The position numbers and the translations under genes were made by a program. Source: Burkholderiales bacterium (GTDB lineage Bacteria; Pseudomonadota; Gammaproteobacteria; Burkholderiales; Burkholderiaceae_C). Taken from it: DNA of 64,000 nucleotides. Location of the stretch: assembly GCA_016191525.1 (NCBI GenBank), contig JACPOK010000038.1, positions 100,973 through 164,972 of the forward strand. Direction: 5' to 3'. Shown here piece after piece: positions 55,425-64,000 of this stretch. How positions within the stretch are numbered: position 1 is the stretch's first letter; the number at the start of each line of letters is the position of its first letter. The notes under the pieces were generated by a model. It did no database searches. It was not told where the DNA came from and worked only from the letters and a program-made list of their open reading frames with translations.

Positions 55425-56270
55425 TCAGCGCGGGATGGCTGGCGCCTGGCGCGCACCGCTGTTGTATTCGCGGCTTTCCTCATTCGATTTGCGCTGCCAC
55501 GCTTCGCGCATCTTCGTCACGGCTTCACGATCGGACATGGTGCTGCCCGTGGGCGGCGCCACATCTGCCGGGGGAGTAAATTCGATGCCGAACTGCCGCT
55601 TCATCGAGAGGTTGCAGGCCAGGTGGTCGCCGGCGGACGGCTGCGACCGCTTGCGTATGCTTTCGTCGCGCAGGTAGCTCATCACCGAATCGGCCTGCTC
55701 ATGGGTGTGCGGCAGCCCCAACACGTGGCCCATCTCGTGCACCACCACCGAGGGCAGGTCGGTCATGCGCGGGTTCAGCTCGATGCCGGTTTGCAGGCTG
55801 CCGGTGCCTGCGATCCCGCCGCCGTTGGCGCTTGCCTTCAGGTAATCCAGCCGCCAGCGGATGCTGACGCGCTCGGGCCTGCCGTCGGCCTGATACGGCG
55901 CCCGCCCGCCATAGCTCAGGTCCACCTTGCAGCCGTCCATCCAGGCTTGCATGGCCCGGCGGATCGCCGCCTCGACGGTGGCGGCAGGATGCTCGGCCGG
56001 CTCGTTGCCGGGGTCGTAATACAGCGTGAAGGCCGCGCGCACTTCCGGCTTGTACAGGCTGGCGGGCCGGGACGCCGCAGCCGCCGGTGCTGCCAGCCTG
56101 GGCAATTTGACCAGCGCTTCCCGGTCGTTGCCGCCCGATTCATTGCAAGGCGCATCCTTGTACGCCGTGCGCCCACCAGCGCCGGTGCAGCGGTAGACGG
56201 TGGGTTGCGCCTGGGCGGCCGCAGCACAGGCCAGCAAGCCCGCCAGTGCGCAGGCCGCTCTCATTTTCAT
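55425..56270 (-). CDS. Secreted DUF4124-like + matrixin/metzincin zinc metalloprotease
   Basis: Signal peptide, YRCTGAGGRTAYKDAPC, HEMGHVLGLPH plus Met-turn SVMSY. Start 56270 or 56291. Confidence 0.78.
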   Translation of the reverse strand: MKMRAACALAGLLACAAAAQAQPTVYRCTGAGGRTAYKDAPCNESGGNDREALVKLPRLAAPAAAASRPASLYKPEVRAAFTLYYDPGNEPAEHPAATVEAAIRRAMQAWMDGCKVDLSYGGRAPYQADGRPERVSIRWRLDYLKASANGGGIAGTGSLQTGIELNPRMTDLPSVVVHEMGHVLGLPHTHEQADSVMSYLRDESIRKRSQPSAGDHLACNLSMKRQFGIEFTPPADVAPPTGSTMSDREAVTKMREAWQRKSNEESREYNSGARQAPAIPR

Positions 56271-56311
56271 AGCCGCATAAGCATGTCCCATGCGGTCTGC
56301 AGCCTACTTTC
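56256..56311 (-). repeat. ~56-bp repeat, copy F (spans the prpE stop and the protease start)
   Basis: Reverse complement GAAAGTAGGCTGCAGACCGCATGGGACATGCTTATGCGGCTATGAAAATGAGAGCG; 26/35 identity to copy B over the core. Confidence 0.72.
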
Positions 56312-58196
56312 CCAATGAATCCGTGATCGCCCGCAGCGCGGCGGGGTCTTCGATGGTGGTCAGGTCGCCCGCGTCCCGGCCTTCGCACACCGCCTGGATT
56401 GCGCGCCGCAACAGCTTGCCGCTGCGCGTCTTGGGCAGCAGGCCGACGAAGTGCACGCGTGAGGGCCGGGCCACCGCGCCGAGCTGCTCGTCCACCACCT
56501 TCATGATCTCGCCTTCGAGCTTCATGCGGGCCGCCTCATCGCCCAGCGCGGCCGCATCGCGCGCGACCACGAAGGCCATCGCCACCTGGCCCTTGAGCGC
56601 GTCGGCCACGCCGACCACCGCCACCTCGGCCACGTTGCGGTGGCTGGAGATGCTCTCTTCGATCTCGCGCGTGCCCAGCCGGTGGCCGGCCACGTTGATC
56701 ACGTCGTCGGTGCGGCCCAGGATGTAGTAGTAGCCGTCCTGTTCGCGGATGCCCCAGTCGAAGGTGCTGTAGACCATCCTGCCGGGAATGCTCTGCCAGT
56801 AGGTCTTGACGAAGCGCGCGTCGTCGCCCCAGATGGTCTGCATGAAGCCCGGCGGCGTGGGTCCCTCGATGACGACGACGCCCTTCTCGCCCGGCTGCGT
56901 CAACTCCTCTCCCGTGCCCTCATGGACGATCTTCACCTTGAACCCGTACATGGGCACGCCGGGGCTGCCGAACTTGCTGGCCTTCTTCTCCACGCCGTTG
57001 GCCACGGTCAGGATGGGCCAGCCGCTCTCGGTCTGCCAGTAGTTGTCGATGATGGGCACGCCCAGCGCTTCGCTGATCCAGCGGCCGGTGGGTTCATCGA
57101 GCGGCTCGCCCGCCAGGTACAGCGCCTTCAGGCTGGACAGGTCGTACTTCTTCAGGAACGCCGGGTCCTGCTTCCTGAGCACGCGCACCGCCGTGGGCGC
57201 GCTGAACATCGCCTTGACCTTGTACTTCTCCACCAGGCTCCACCAGATGCCCGCGTCGGGCCGGACCGGCAGCCCCTCGTACATGATGGTGGCCATGCCC
57301 GCGATCAGCGGGCCGTAGACGATGTAGCTGTGGCCCACCACCCAGCCGATGTCGCTGGTGGAGAAATAGGTTTCTCCCGCCTCGCACTCGAAGATGTGCT
57401 TCATGCTGGCCGCCAGCGCCACCGCGTAGCCGCCGACGTCGCGCTGCACGCCCTTGGGCCGCCCGGTGGTGCCGCTGGTGTAGATGGTGTAGCTGATGTC
57501 GGTGGCGTCCAGCCACTCGCAGGGCACGCTGGTCCCGGCATGCTTATGCGACAGGGCCTCCCACGAATGGTCGCGGCCTTCCTGCATGGTGAAGGCCGCG
57601 AGGCCCCGGTCCACCATGATCACGGCTTGCGGCTTGTGGCTGGACAGGCGGATCGCCTCGTCCAGCAGCGGCTTGTATTCCACCACTTTCCCGCCGCGCG
57701 AGCCGGCATCGGCGCTGACGATGAGCCGGGGCGACGCGTCCTCGATGCGGGAGGCCAGCGCCATGGAAGCAAAACCGCCGAACACCACGGAGTGCACGGC
57801 GCCGATGCGGGCGCAGGCCAGCATCATGAAAGCGGCCTCGGCGATCATCGGCATGTAGATCAACACCCGGTCGCCCTTGTTCACGCCCAGGCCGAGCAGC
57901 ATGGCGGCGGCACGCTGCACCTGCTCGTGAAGCTCACGGAAGCTGTAGGTCTTTTCAGTGCCGGTTTCCGTGGAGACGTAGATCAGCGCCGGCTGCTCCG
58001 CGCGGTCCTTGAGGTGACGGTCGACCGCGTTGTGGCACAGGTTGGTGGTGCCGCCCACAAACCAGCGGGTGAATGGGGGGTTGGTGTTGTCGCAGATCGT
58101 TTGCGGCGGCGCCTGCCAGGCTATCAGTTGCGCCTGCTCGGCCCAGAAAGCCTCGGGCTCGGCCAGCGAACGCTGGTAGAAGTCGTCGTAATTCAT
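56304..58196 (-). CDS. prpE: Propionate--CoA ligase
   Basis: YTSGTTGRPKG, SDIGWVVGHSY, DNYWQTE, GRTDDVINVAGHR, KTRSGK. Confidence 0.9.
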   Translation of the reverse strand: MNYDDFYQRSLAEPEAFWAEQAQLIAWQAPPQTICDNTNPPFTRWFVGGTTNLCHNAVDRHLKDRAEQPALIYVSTETGTEKTYSFRELHEQVQRAAAMLLGLGVNKGDRVLIYMPMIAEAAFMMLACARIGAVHSVVFGGFASMALASRIEDASPRLIVSADAGSRGGKVVEYKPLLDEAIRLSSHKPQAVIMVDRGLAAFTMQEGRDHSWEALSHKHAGTSVPCEWLDATDISYTIYTSGTTGRPKGVQRDVGGYAVALAASMKHIFECEAGETYFSTSDIGWVVGHSYIVYGPLIAGMATIMYEGLPVRPDAGIWWSLVEKYKVKAMFSAPTAVRVLRKQDPAFLKKYDLSSLKALYLAGEPLDEPTGRWISEALGVPIIDNYWQTESGWPILTVANGVEKKASKFGSPGVPMYGFKVKIVHEGTGEELTQPGEKGVVVIEGPTPPGFMQTIWGDDARFVKTYWQSIPGRMVYSTFDWGIREQDGYYYILGRTDDVINVAGHRLGTREIEESISSHRNVAEVAVVGVADALKGQVAMAFVVARDAAALGDEAARMKLEGEIMKVVDEQLGAVARPSRVHFVGLLPKTRSGKLLRRAIQAVCEGRDAGDLTTIEDPAALRAITDSLGK

Positions 58197-58211
58197 CGCG
58201 CCTTCCCCCGG

Positions 58212-58817
58212 TTACTTCACCATGTCCTTGATTTCGCGGAACAGCGGGTGGTCGGCCGTGCGCAGCCACTCGAAAGCCACCATTTCGGTGGTGACCAGTT
58301 CCGCGCCGGCGGCCGCCAGCCGGTCGAAGGCCGCATCCCGGTTGCGCTCGGTGCGCGAGCCGCTGGCATCGGTCACCACCCAGACGTCGAACTCCTCGTC
58401 CAGCAGGTCCAGCGCCGTCTGCAGCAGGCACACATGGGTTTCGCAGCCGGCCAGGACGATGGTGTTGCGCTGCTCGGCGGGCTGGGCGGGCTTTTGCAGG
58501 TGCTTGGGCAGGCTGCGCGCATTGCCGCCCTGCTGCTGGCGGGCCGCCGGCCGCAGCAAGTCCGCCAGCCCATCGGCCACGGCGCTGAAATGCATTTTGG
58601 CCAGGGTCTTGCGGCACAGGCCCCGCACCTCGGGCACGGCCTGGCCCAGGCCGGCGGGGTTCTCTTCGGTGCCCCAGACCGGCACCTCGAGCTGGCCGGC
58701 CATGCGGCCCAGCAGCACCGCGTTGCGCAGCACGGCTTCGCTTTCGTGGATAAAAGGCATCAGCCGGGCCTGGTAGTCCACCAGCACCAGCTGGGAGTCC
58801 GATTCGTCGAGCAGCAT
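58212..58817 (-). CDS. Isochorismatase-family cysteine hydrolase
   Basis: LVDYQ, KMHFS, GCETHVC catalytic triad pattern. Confidence 0.87.
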   Translation of the reverse strand: MLLDESDSQLVLVDYQARLMPFIHESEAVLRNAVLLGRMAGQLEVPVWGTEENPAGLGQAVPEVRGLCRKTLAKMHFSAVADGLADLLRPAARQQQGGNARSLPKHLQKPAQPAEQRNTIVLAGCETHVCLLQTALDLLDEEFDVWVVTDASGSRTERNRDAAFDRLAAAGAELVTTEMVAFEWLRTADHPLFREIKDMVK

Positions 58818-58930
58818 GAGGATTGTTTTCCTTGGGGTTGCGCCCGATTATTCCAGTGTGCCCCCAAAGCCGGCACAGGAAAACTACTGCCGCCGCGGCA
58901 CGGCAGGGCCGGCAGGGCCGGCGGCTGGCC

Positions 58931-59824
58931 TCAGGCCGGCGTCAGCGGCATGGGGACCGTCAGCGCGCTGGGCACCCGCAGCGGCCGGGAATCGGCCGCC
59001 CAGGGCAGGCTCATGGGGCGTGAATGGCGCTCGCGGTCGCGCTGCATGTGGTGCCGGCGCCGGTCCTCGTCCTGCTTGCGGGCCGCCATGGCCACGCAGA
59101 TCGACTTGTACAGCCCCCCGACGGAGGCAGTTTCGCCATCCGCGCCCTCCAGCGCGCAGTCCGGCACCAGCACGATCTCGCTGTCGCCCGCGTCAAGCTC
59201 GATGCGGCCCGGGTCGCCCAGCACCCGGGTCACGGCGCGGCGCGCTTTTTCCCGCGTCATCGGCATCAACACCGTGAATTCCACCGGCCCGGTGCGCACG
59301 GCCATCCCGTGCTCGCCGGCCAGCGCCGCCATCTTGCGGACCACCCGGTCCATCAGTTTGCGGCTGACGCGGTTGCCGTAGATAGTGCGCACCTCCAGCA
59401 GGTCGGCCCAATCGAATACGGCAATGCTGAGGGCGCGACCCTCACGCCGGCAATCCGCCAGCATCTCGCCGCCACGCCCCACCATCCCGCTGCGGTTGTA
59501 CAGCCCGGTGGTGAGGTCGATCCAGCCCTTCTGCCGCTGCGCGTTGCGGCGAATCGCCGCGCCGAACCTGGCCGCCAGGATCAGGAGCGCGAAGTACACC
59601 AGCGTAATGCCCAGGCAGAACAGGAAGAACGGCTGCGCCGGCCCGCCGGGCCCGGCTTCCATGTAGGCGGTGCTCGCCAGCCAGGCAGGCGCTACGCCGA
59701 TGGACCACGCGACCCAGGGCTTGAGCGCGGTGAGCACCCGTCCGGGCCGCCCGTGCGCGGGCCGGCCGGCCTGGCGGCGGCGGCGGGGATCCTCGATGCT
59801 GGTCGGTTCAAACGGAATGTCCAC
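58931..59824 (-). CDS. Membrane-anchored degenerate GGDEF-domain protein
   Basis: Two TM segments, DLTTGLYNR, AVFDWADL, RTGPVEF in place of RxGGDEF. Confidence 0.72.
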   Translation of the reverse strand: MDIPFEPTSIEDPRRRRQAGRPAHGRPGRVLTALKPWVAWSIGVAPAWLASTAYMEAGPGGPAQPFFLFCLGITLVYFALLILAARFGAAIRRNAQRQKGWIDLTTGLYNRSGMVGRGGEMLADCRREGRALSIAVFDWADLLEVRTIYGNRVSRKLMDRVVRKMAALAGEHGMAVRTGPVEFTVLMPMTREKARRAVTRVLGDPGRIELDAGDSEIVLVPDCALEGADGETASVGGLYKSICVAMAARKQDEDRRRHHMQRDRERHSRPMSLPWAADSRPLRVPSALTVPMPLTPA

Positions 59825-59829
59825 TGTGT

Positions 59830-59868
59830 GTCTCCTGCGCGCACAGCGTGCGCCTGCAGGTATGAGAC
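59830..59868 (-). promoter_or_regulatory. 5' UTR hairpin that sequesters the SD of the GGDEF-like gene
   Basis: GTCTC/GAGAC, CCTGC/GCAGG and GCGCAC/GTGCGC arms; SD GGAGA at 59831-59835 lies in the 3' arm. Confidence 0.5.
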
Positions 59869-59941
59869 CACCCGGCGAGCGGCGGCGATTAGGCCAATCG
59901 CGCAGCCGGCGTAGGAAAATGGCTTAAGCGGGCCGCCGCCG

Positions 59942-60391
59942 CTAATTCGGGCGGCCGCCCAGCGGCTCGTGCACGAGCAGCCAGTACACCTGCAGCCGCT
60001 GCACCTGCTCGATGAATCGGCTGAAGTCCACGGGCTTGCGCACGTAGCTGTTGGCCCCGTGCTGCAGGCTGGCGACGACGTCCTCTTCCTCGCTGGACGA
60101 GGTGAGGATGACCACCGGCACGTAGCGCGTGCGCTCGTCGTCGCGGATGCGCCGCAGCACCTCGATGCCGCCCAGCTTGGGCAGCTTCAGGTCCAGCAGC
60201 ACCAGCGCGGGCACGTCGCGCGGGTCGCGGCCCTCGTGGCGGCCGGTACCGAACAGGTACTCCACCGCCTCCAGGCCGTCATTGGCGACCACCACCTCAT
60301 TGAGGACGTTGTTCTCGGCCAGCGTCATCAGGGTGAGTTCCTGGTGATCCGGGTTGTCCTCGACCAGGAGGATCCTGCTGTTCTTCATCAT
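59942..60391 (-). CDS. Single-domain response regulator (Rcp1/CheY-like)
   Basis: ILLVEDN, LLDLKLPK, ILTSS, YVRKP. Confidence 0.92.
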   Translation of the reverse strand: MMKNSRILLVEDNPDHQELTLMTLAENNVLNEVVVANDGLEAVEYLFGTGRHEGRDPRDVPALVLLDLKLPKLGGIEVLRRIRDDERTRYVPVVILTSSSEEEDVVASLQHGANSYVRKPVDFSRFIEQVQRLQVYWLLVHEPLGGRPN

Positions 60392-63020
60392 GAGTCACTC
60401 CCTGAAGTGTGAACCGGAACGAGGCGCCCTCTCCCGGGCGGCCCTCGGCCCAGACCCTGCCGCCATGCCGGCTGATGATGCGGTGCACCGTCGCCAGACC
60501 GATGCCCGTGCCTTCGAATTCGGTCACGGCGTGCAGGCGCTGGAAGGCATGGAACAGCTTGTCCACGTAGGCCATGTCGAAGCCCGCGCCGTTGTCGCTG
60601 ACGAAGTAGACCGTCTCGCCCCGTTCGCCGGCATGGCAGCCCACATGGATGCGCGCGGCAGGCATGCGGGCGGTGAATTTCCAGGCGTTTTCCAGCAGGT
60701 TTTCCAGCACCACCTGCAAAAGGCGCAGGTCGCCCTGGCCGCGCATGGGCTGGTCGATCTCCACGGCCACCTCGCGTTCGGGGAAGCGCGCGCGCAGCCG
60801 CTCGATGACGCGCAGCGCCGCGGGCGCCAGGTCCACCGTCTCGCGGCGGATTTCGGCCCGTGTGACCCGGGCCAGCAGCAGCAGGTCGTCGATCAGCCCG
60901 CTCATGTGGCCGGTGTTCTCGCGGATGCGCTCCAGGTAGTGCAGGGCCTGGCCGTCCAGCCGCTGCGCATGCCGCGCCATCAGTGCGCGGCCAAAACCGT
61001 CAATAACCTGCAGCGGCGCGCGCAGGTCATGCGACACCGAGTAGGAAAACGATTCGAGCTCCTGGTTGGAAATGGCCAGGTCGCGGGTGCGCTCGCTCAC
61101 CCGGCGCTCCAGCGTCTCGTTGAGCTGCAGCAGCGCGTGCTGCGCTTCCAGGCGGCCGGTGATGTCGTGGGCCAGCACCGTGCGGGCGGGCCGGCCGTCG
61201 TATTCCAGCGTGTGGGAGGAAATCTCCACGAAGATCAGCCGCCCGTCTTTCAGGCGGTGGCGCCAGGCGGCGGGCCCGTGCATCGGCTGCTGCGCGCGCG
61301 CCGCCTCCAGCAGGCTGCCGCGGTCTTCCTGGGGGCGGATGTCGGCGATGGTCATGGCCAGGAACTCCTCGCGGGAGTAGCCGTAATGCGCCACGGCGGC
61401 ATCATTCACCGTGAGGAAGCGCAGCGTCTCCAGGTCGAACACCCACATCGGGTGCGGGTTGGACTGGAACAGCGAGCGGTAGCGCTGCTCGCTCTCGCGC
61501 AATGCCAGCTCGGCCTGGTAGGTGGCCGTGACGTCGGAAAACACCAGCACCGCGCCGACGGCCCGGGCGTCGGGCCCAAGCAGCGGCCGGGCGCCGCTCT
61601 GGATGATCTTTTCCGCACCTCCGGTCAGCGCGCCGCGCGCGCTCCACCGGAAGCCTTCCACCACTTCACCTTGCAGTGCGCGGAACACCGGCCGCTCTTC
61701 TGGCGGCAGCGGCGTGCCATCCAGGTGATGGAACCCCGGCTCCGCCGCTGACACGAAGGTCGGCCCACGGCCCCTTCCGAGCAGGCTGATGCCCGGCAGG
61801 ATGGCGGATGCCGCGGCATTGAGGTGGAGCACGTGGCCTCGCGGATCCACCACCAGCACGCCTTCTGCCATGCTCTGAAGCACCGACTCCAGCAGGTTGC
61901 GCTGCCCTTCCATTTCGCCCATCGCCCCGTCGCGCTGGACCGAGCGCTCGGCCAGCGACCGGGCCATGCCGTGGAAGCGCCGGTCGAGCTCCGCTACTTC
62001 GCGCAGGGCGGGCCGCGAGGCCGAACGGTCGTCGAAGCTCACCTCGCCCTGCTCCAGCGCGTCCATGCGGCGCAGCACCCGGCTGATCGGCCGCACCACC
62101 ACCCGGTCGCCGAACGCCCAGGCCGCCGCGGCCGCCAGCACGGTGATGAATGCCAGTGCGATCAGCTGCTGGCGCAGGCGCAGGGTGGAAGGGGCCAGCA
62201 CGTCGGCGCTGGACACCATGCCGGCGACGAATAACCGGCCTTCTTCGCTGCGCCCGACCGGCCGCACCGCGTAGAGCCATTCGCCGCCGCCGGCCCCGGG
62301 CGCGCGCTCCAGCCGCTGCGTGCCCGCGGTGACGGCCTCACGCAGGAACCCGCCGGCCAGGCGCGAGCCCACCTCCAGTGCGCGCGTGCCGGCCGATGCC
62401 AGCACCACGCCGTTGAGGTCCAGCACCAGCAGCGTCATTTCGGGCGGTATAGCCAGCCGGCGCAGGTGCTCGTCGGCCTGCGCCACGTCCAGCGCCACAT
62501 AGACCACACCTCGCAAGCCGCGGTCGGCATCGCGGTACACAGGCAGCCCGAAGGTCAGCACCGGCCGGCCGCTGGCCCGGCTGAGGACCAACTCGCCCAC
62601 GCTGAACCGGCCCGTCTGCACGGCGGTGCGGAAGAACAGGCGGTCGCTGGACACCACCGAACTGGCGGGCGCCTCGGCCCGGCAGGTCAGGCGGCCCTGG
62701 GCGTCGAGCAGGCCAAAGGTGCCGTAGGCCACCGGGAACTGCAGTTGCAGCTTTTTCATGTAGCCGGCACAGGCGGCGGGATCGTCCCCGTACACCGGCG
62801 GTGAATTGGCGATGGCCGTGAGCATCTGGCGGGCCCCGTCGACCAGCCGCTCCTGGTGGGCGGCGCTGAGCTCGACGACGGATTTGAGGCTGGTCTCGGC
62901 GCGCTGCAGCCGCCCCTGCTGCTCGGACAGCGAAGCCTGCACGACCACGGCGAAAACCGGCGCGATCGCAATCAGCACAAGCAGGATCAGCGCTGCGCGC
63001 AGCCCGAAAGCACGTGTCAC
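60297..63020 (-). CDS. Sensor histidine kinase (TM - Cache - TM - HAMP - PAS - PAS - HisKA - HATPase)
   Basis: FSYSVSHDLRAPL, NLLENAWKF, DNGAGF, GTGIGL. Likely GTG start at 63020 (in-frame alternative 63083). Confidence 0.9.
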   Translation of the reverse strand: MTRAFGLRAALILLVLIAIAPVFAVVVQASLSEQQGRLQRAETSLKSVVELSAAHQERLVDGARQMLTAIANSPPVYGDDPAACAGYMKKLQLQFPVAYGTFGLLDAQGRLTCRAEAPASSVVSSDRLFFRTAVQTGRFSVGELVLSRASGRPVLTFGLPVYRDADRGLRGVVYVALDVAQADEHLRRLAIPPEMTLLVLDLNGVVLASAGTRALEVGSRLAGGFLREAVTAGTQRLERAPGAGGGEWLYAVRPVGRSEEGRLFVAGMVSSADVLAPSTLRLRQQLIALAFITVLAAAAAWAFGDRVVVRPISRVLRRMDALEQGEVSFDDRSASRPALREVAELDRRFHGMARSLAERSVQRDGAMGEMEGQRNLLESVLQSMAEGVLVVDPRGHVLHLNAAASAILPGISLLGRGRGPTFVSAAEPGFHHLDGTPLPPEERPVFRALQGEVVEGFRWSARGALTGGAEKIIQSGARPLLGPDARAVGAVLVFSDVTATYQAELALRESEQRYRSLFQSNPHPMWVFDLETLRFLTVNDAAVAHYGYSREEFLAMTIADIRPQEDRGSLLEAARAQQPMHGPAAWRHRLKDGRLIFVEISSHTLEYDGRPARTVLAHDITGRLEAQHALLQLNETLERRVSERTRDLAISNQELESFSYSVSHDLRAPLQVIDGFGRALMARHAQRLDGQALHYLERIRENTGHMSGLIDDLLLLARVTRAEIRRETVDLAPAALRVIERLRARFPEREVAVEIDQPMRGQGDLRLLQVVLENLLENAWKFTARMPAARIHVGCHAGERGETVYFVSDNGAGFDMAYVDKLFHAFQRLHAVTEFEGTGIGLATVHRIISRHGGRVWAEGRPGEGASFRFTLQGVTHDEEQQDPPGRGQPGSPGTHPDDAGREQRPQ

Positions 63021-63243
63021 TTGGTTCCCTGTATCTATCGGGCCCTGGGGCCCCCCACGTTGCCGCGGTGGTTCCGCGGTCAACGGCCAGTAAACGACGC
63101 TCCCCCAGTGTTCGCCTGCGCACCCCCGCTGTCAAGACAGGACTTGCCGTAAGACCAAGGTTTTCCACGCCAGCCCTCGGCATGCCTCGCGGGGGGTACA
63201 CTCGGCGGCGCAAGAACGCGCAACCGGAAAACACCTTTCTCCC

Positions 63244-64000
63244 GTGTCCCTTTCCCCGCCCGCCACGATCAGGCTGCTGTGCGTCGAAGACAACCCCGAC
63301 GACCTCGAACTCATGGCGATCGCGCTGGAACGCGCGGACCCGCACCGCCGCTATGAGCTGCAGCGGGTCGACGACGCCAACGCCTTCGGCCAGGCGCTGC
63401 AGCAGGATTTCGACGCCATCCTGTGCGACTTCAACATGCCCCGCTTTTCGCCCTACGCCGCGCTGCAGATCCTGGTGGCCCGGCGCTGCGGCACGCCGCT
63501 GGTGGTGGTGACCCGCGCCATCGGCGAGGAAGCCGCCGTTCACGTGCTGCGCTGCGGCGCCAAGGACTACCTCACCAAGGACAAGCTGGGCACGCTGCCG
63601 CAGATCATCGACCGCGTGATCGGCGAGCGCCAGCGCGTGCTCGAGCAGGAGCGCATGGCCCGGGAGCTGGAAGCGGCCTATCTGCGGCTCAAGGAGCTGT
63701 CGGCGCGCGTTGTGGTGGCCCAGGAGCGCGAACGCACGCTGATATCGCGCGAGCTGCACGACCAGCTCGGCCAGACGCTGACCGGCATGGTGATCCACCT
63801 GCGCGCGGCCGATCGCGCGCCCGACCCCCAGGCCGCGCGCAAGCACACCGAAACCGCGATGGAGATGGCGCAGGGTGCGGTGCAGCAGGTCAAGACACTG
63901 TCGTTTTCGCTGCGCCCGGCGCAGCTGGACCTGCTGGGCCTGGTGGCGGCCGTGCAAAGCGCCGTGCAACGCATCGCCGAGCCGGCCGGCCTGGCCTTCA
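63244..64000 (+). CDS. Receiver domain + HisKA_3 (NarX-type) histidine kinase, runs off the window
   Basis: Manual translation from GTG 63244: RLLCVEDNPDD...ILCDFNMP...AKDYLTKD...ERERTLISRELHDQLGQTLT...LRPAQLDLLGL. Confidence 0.88.
   Translation, partial: MSLSPPATIRLLCVEDNPDDLELMAIALERADPHRRYELQRVDDANAFGQALQQDFDAILCDFNMPRFSPYAALQILVARRCGTPLVVVTRAIGEEAAVHVLRCGAKDYLTKDKLGTLPQIIDRVIGERQRVLEQERMARELEAAYLRLKELSARVVVAQERERTLISRELHDQLGQTLTGMVIHLRAADRAPDPQAARKHTETAMEMAQGAVQQVKTLSFSLRPAQLDLLGLVAAVQSAVQRIAEPAGLAF

Noticed and set aside
63100-63175. Resemblance to a c-di-GMP-I riboswitch on the minus strand (GGAAAACC...GACAGCGGGGGT)
   Set aside because: The GNRA-loop P1 stem, the GGGACGCAAAGC junction and the expected length are missing.

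Overview
GC-rich, mostly core-genome segment. Gene order and sequence style suggest a Comamonadaceae (Burkholderiales) betaproteobacterium; this is an inference. Left part: a beta-oxidation cluster (acyl-CoA dehydrogenase, thiolase, FadB/J-like, FabG) interrupted by a Tat-signal M19-like hydrolase and an epimerase/DHDPS-like pair. It is followed by a MarR-GNAT regulator with a tandem palindromic operator, a DMT exporter, a short-chain ChrA pair, a large unknown zinc-ribbon membrane protein, rlmB, and a heme-c (DUF3365)-HAMP sensor next to a Ser/Thr kinase-class III cyclase fusion. Middle: ybbA/tesA-mnmH, metC, then the conserved ndk-rlmN-pilW-rodZ-ispG-hisS-yfgM-bamB-der-hfq-hflXKC-hisZ-purA block, plus rluB/scpB/rluD/bamD/dinG and a PP2C phosphatase. 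Right part: sucA-sucB-lpdA-zapE with a probable sucA RNA motif, a secreted metzincin, prpE, a degenerate GGDEF protein and two-component genes. No rRNA, tRNA, CRISPR array, IS or prophage was seen. The main unexplained signal is a dispersed ~56-bp AT-skewed, two-hairpin repeat with five full copies and one partial copy. The full copies sit inside proteins in three different frames/orientations: a DMT loop, a HisZ segment, the BamB lipoprotein signal peptide, the SucB linker, and the prpE stop plus the start of the downstream protease. All alignments and identities were counted by hand; no database searches were run.
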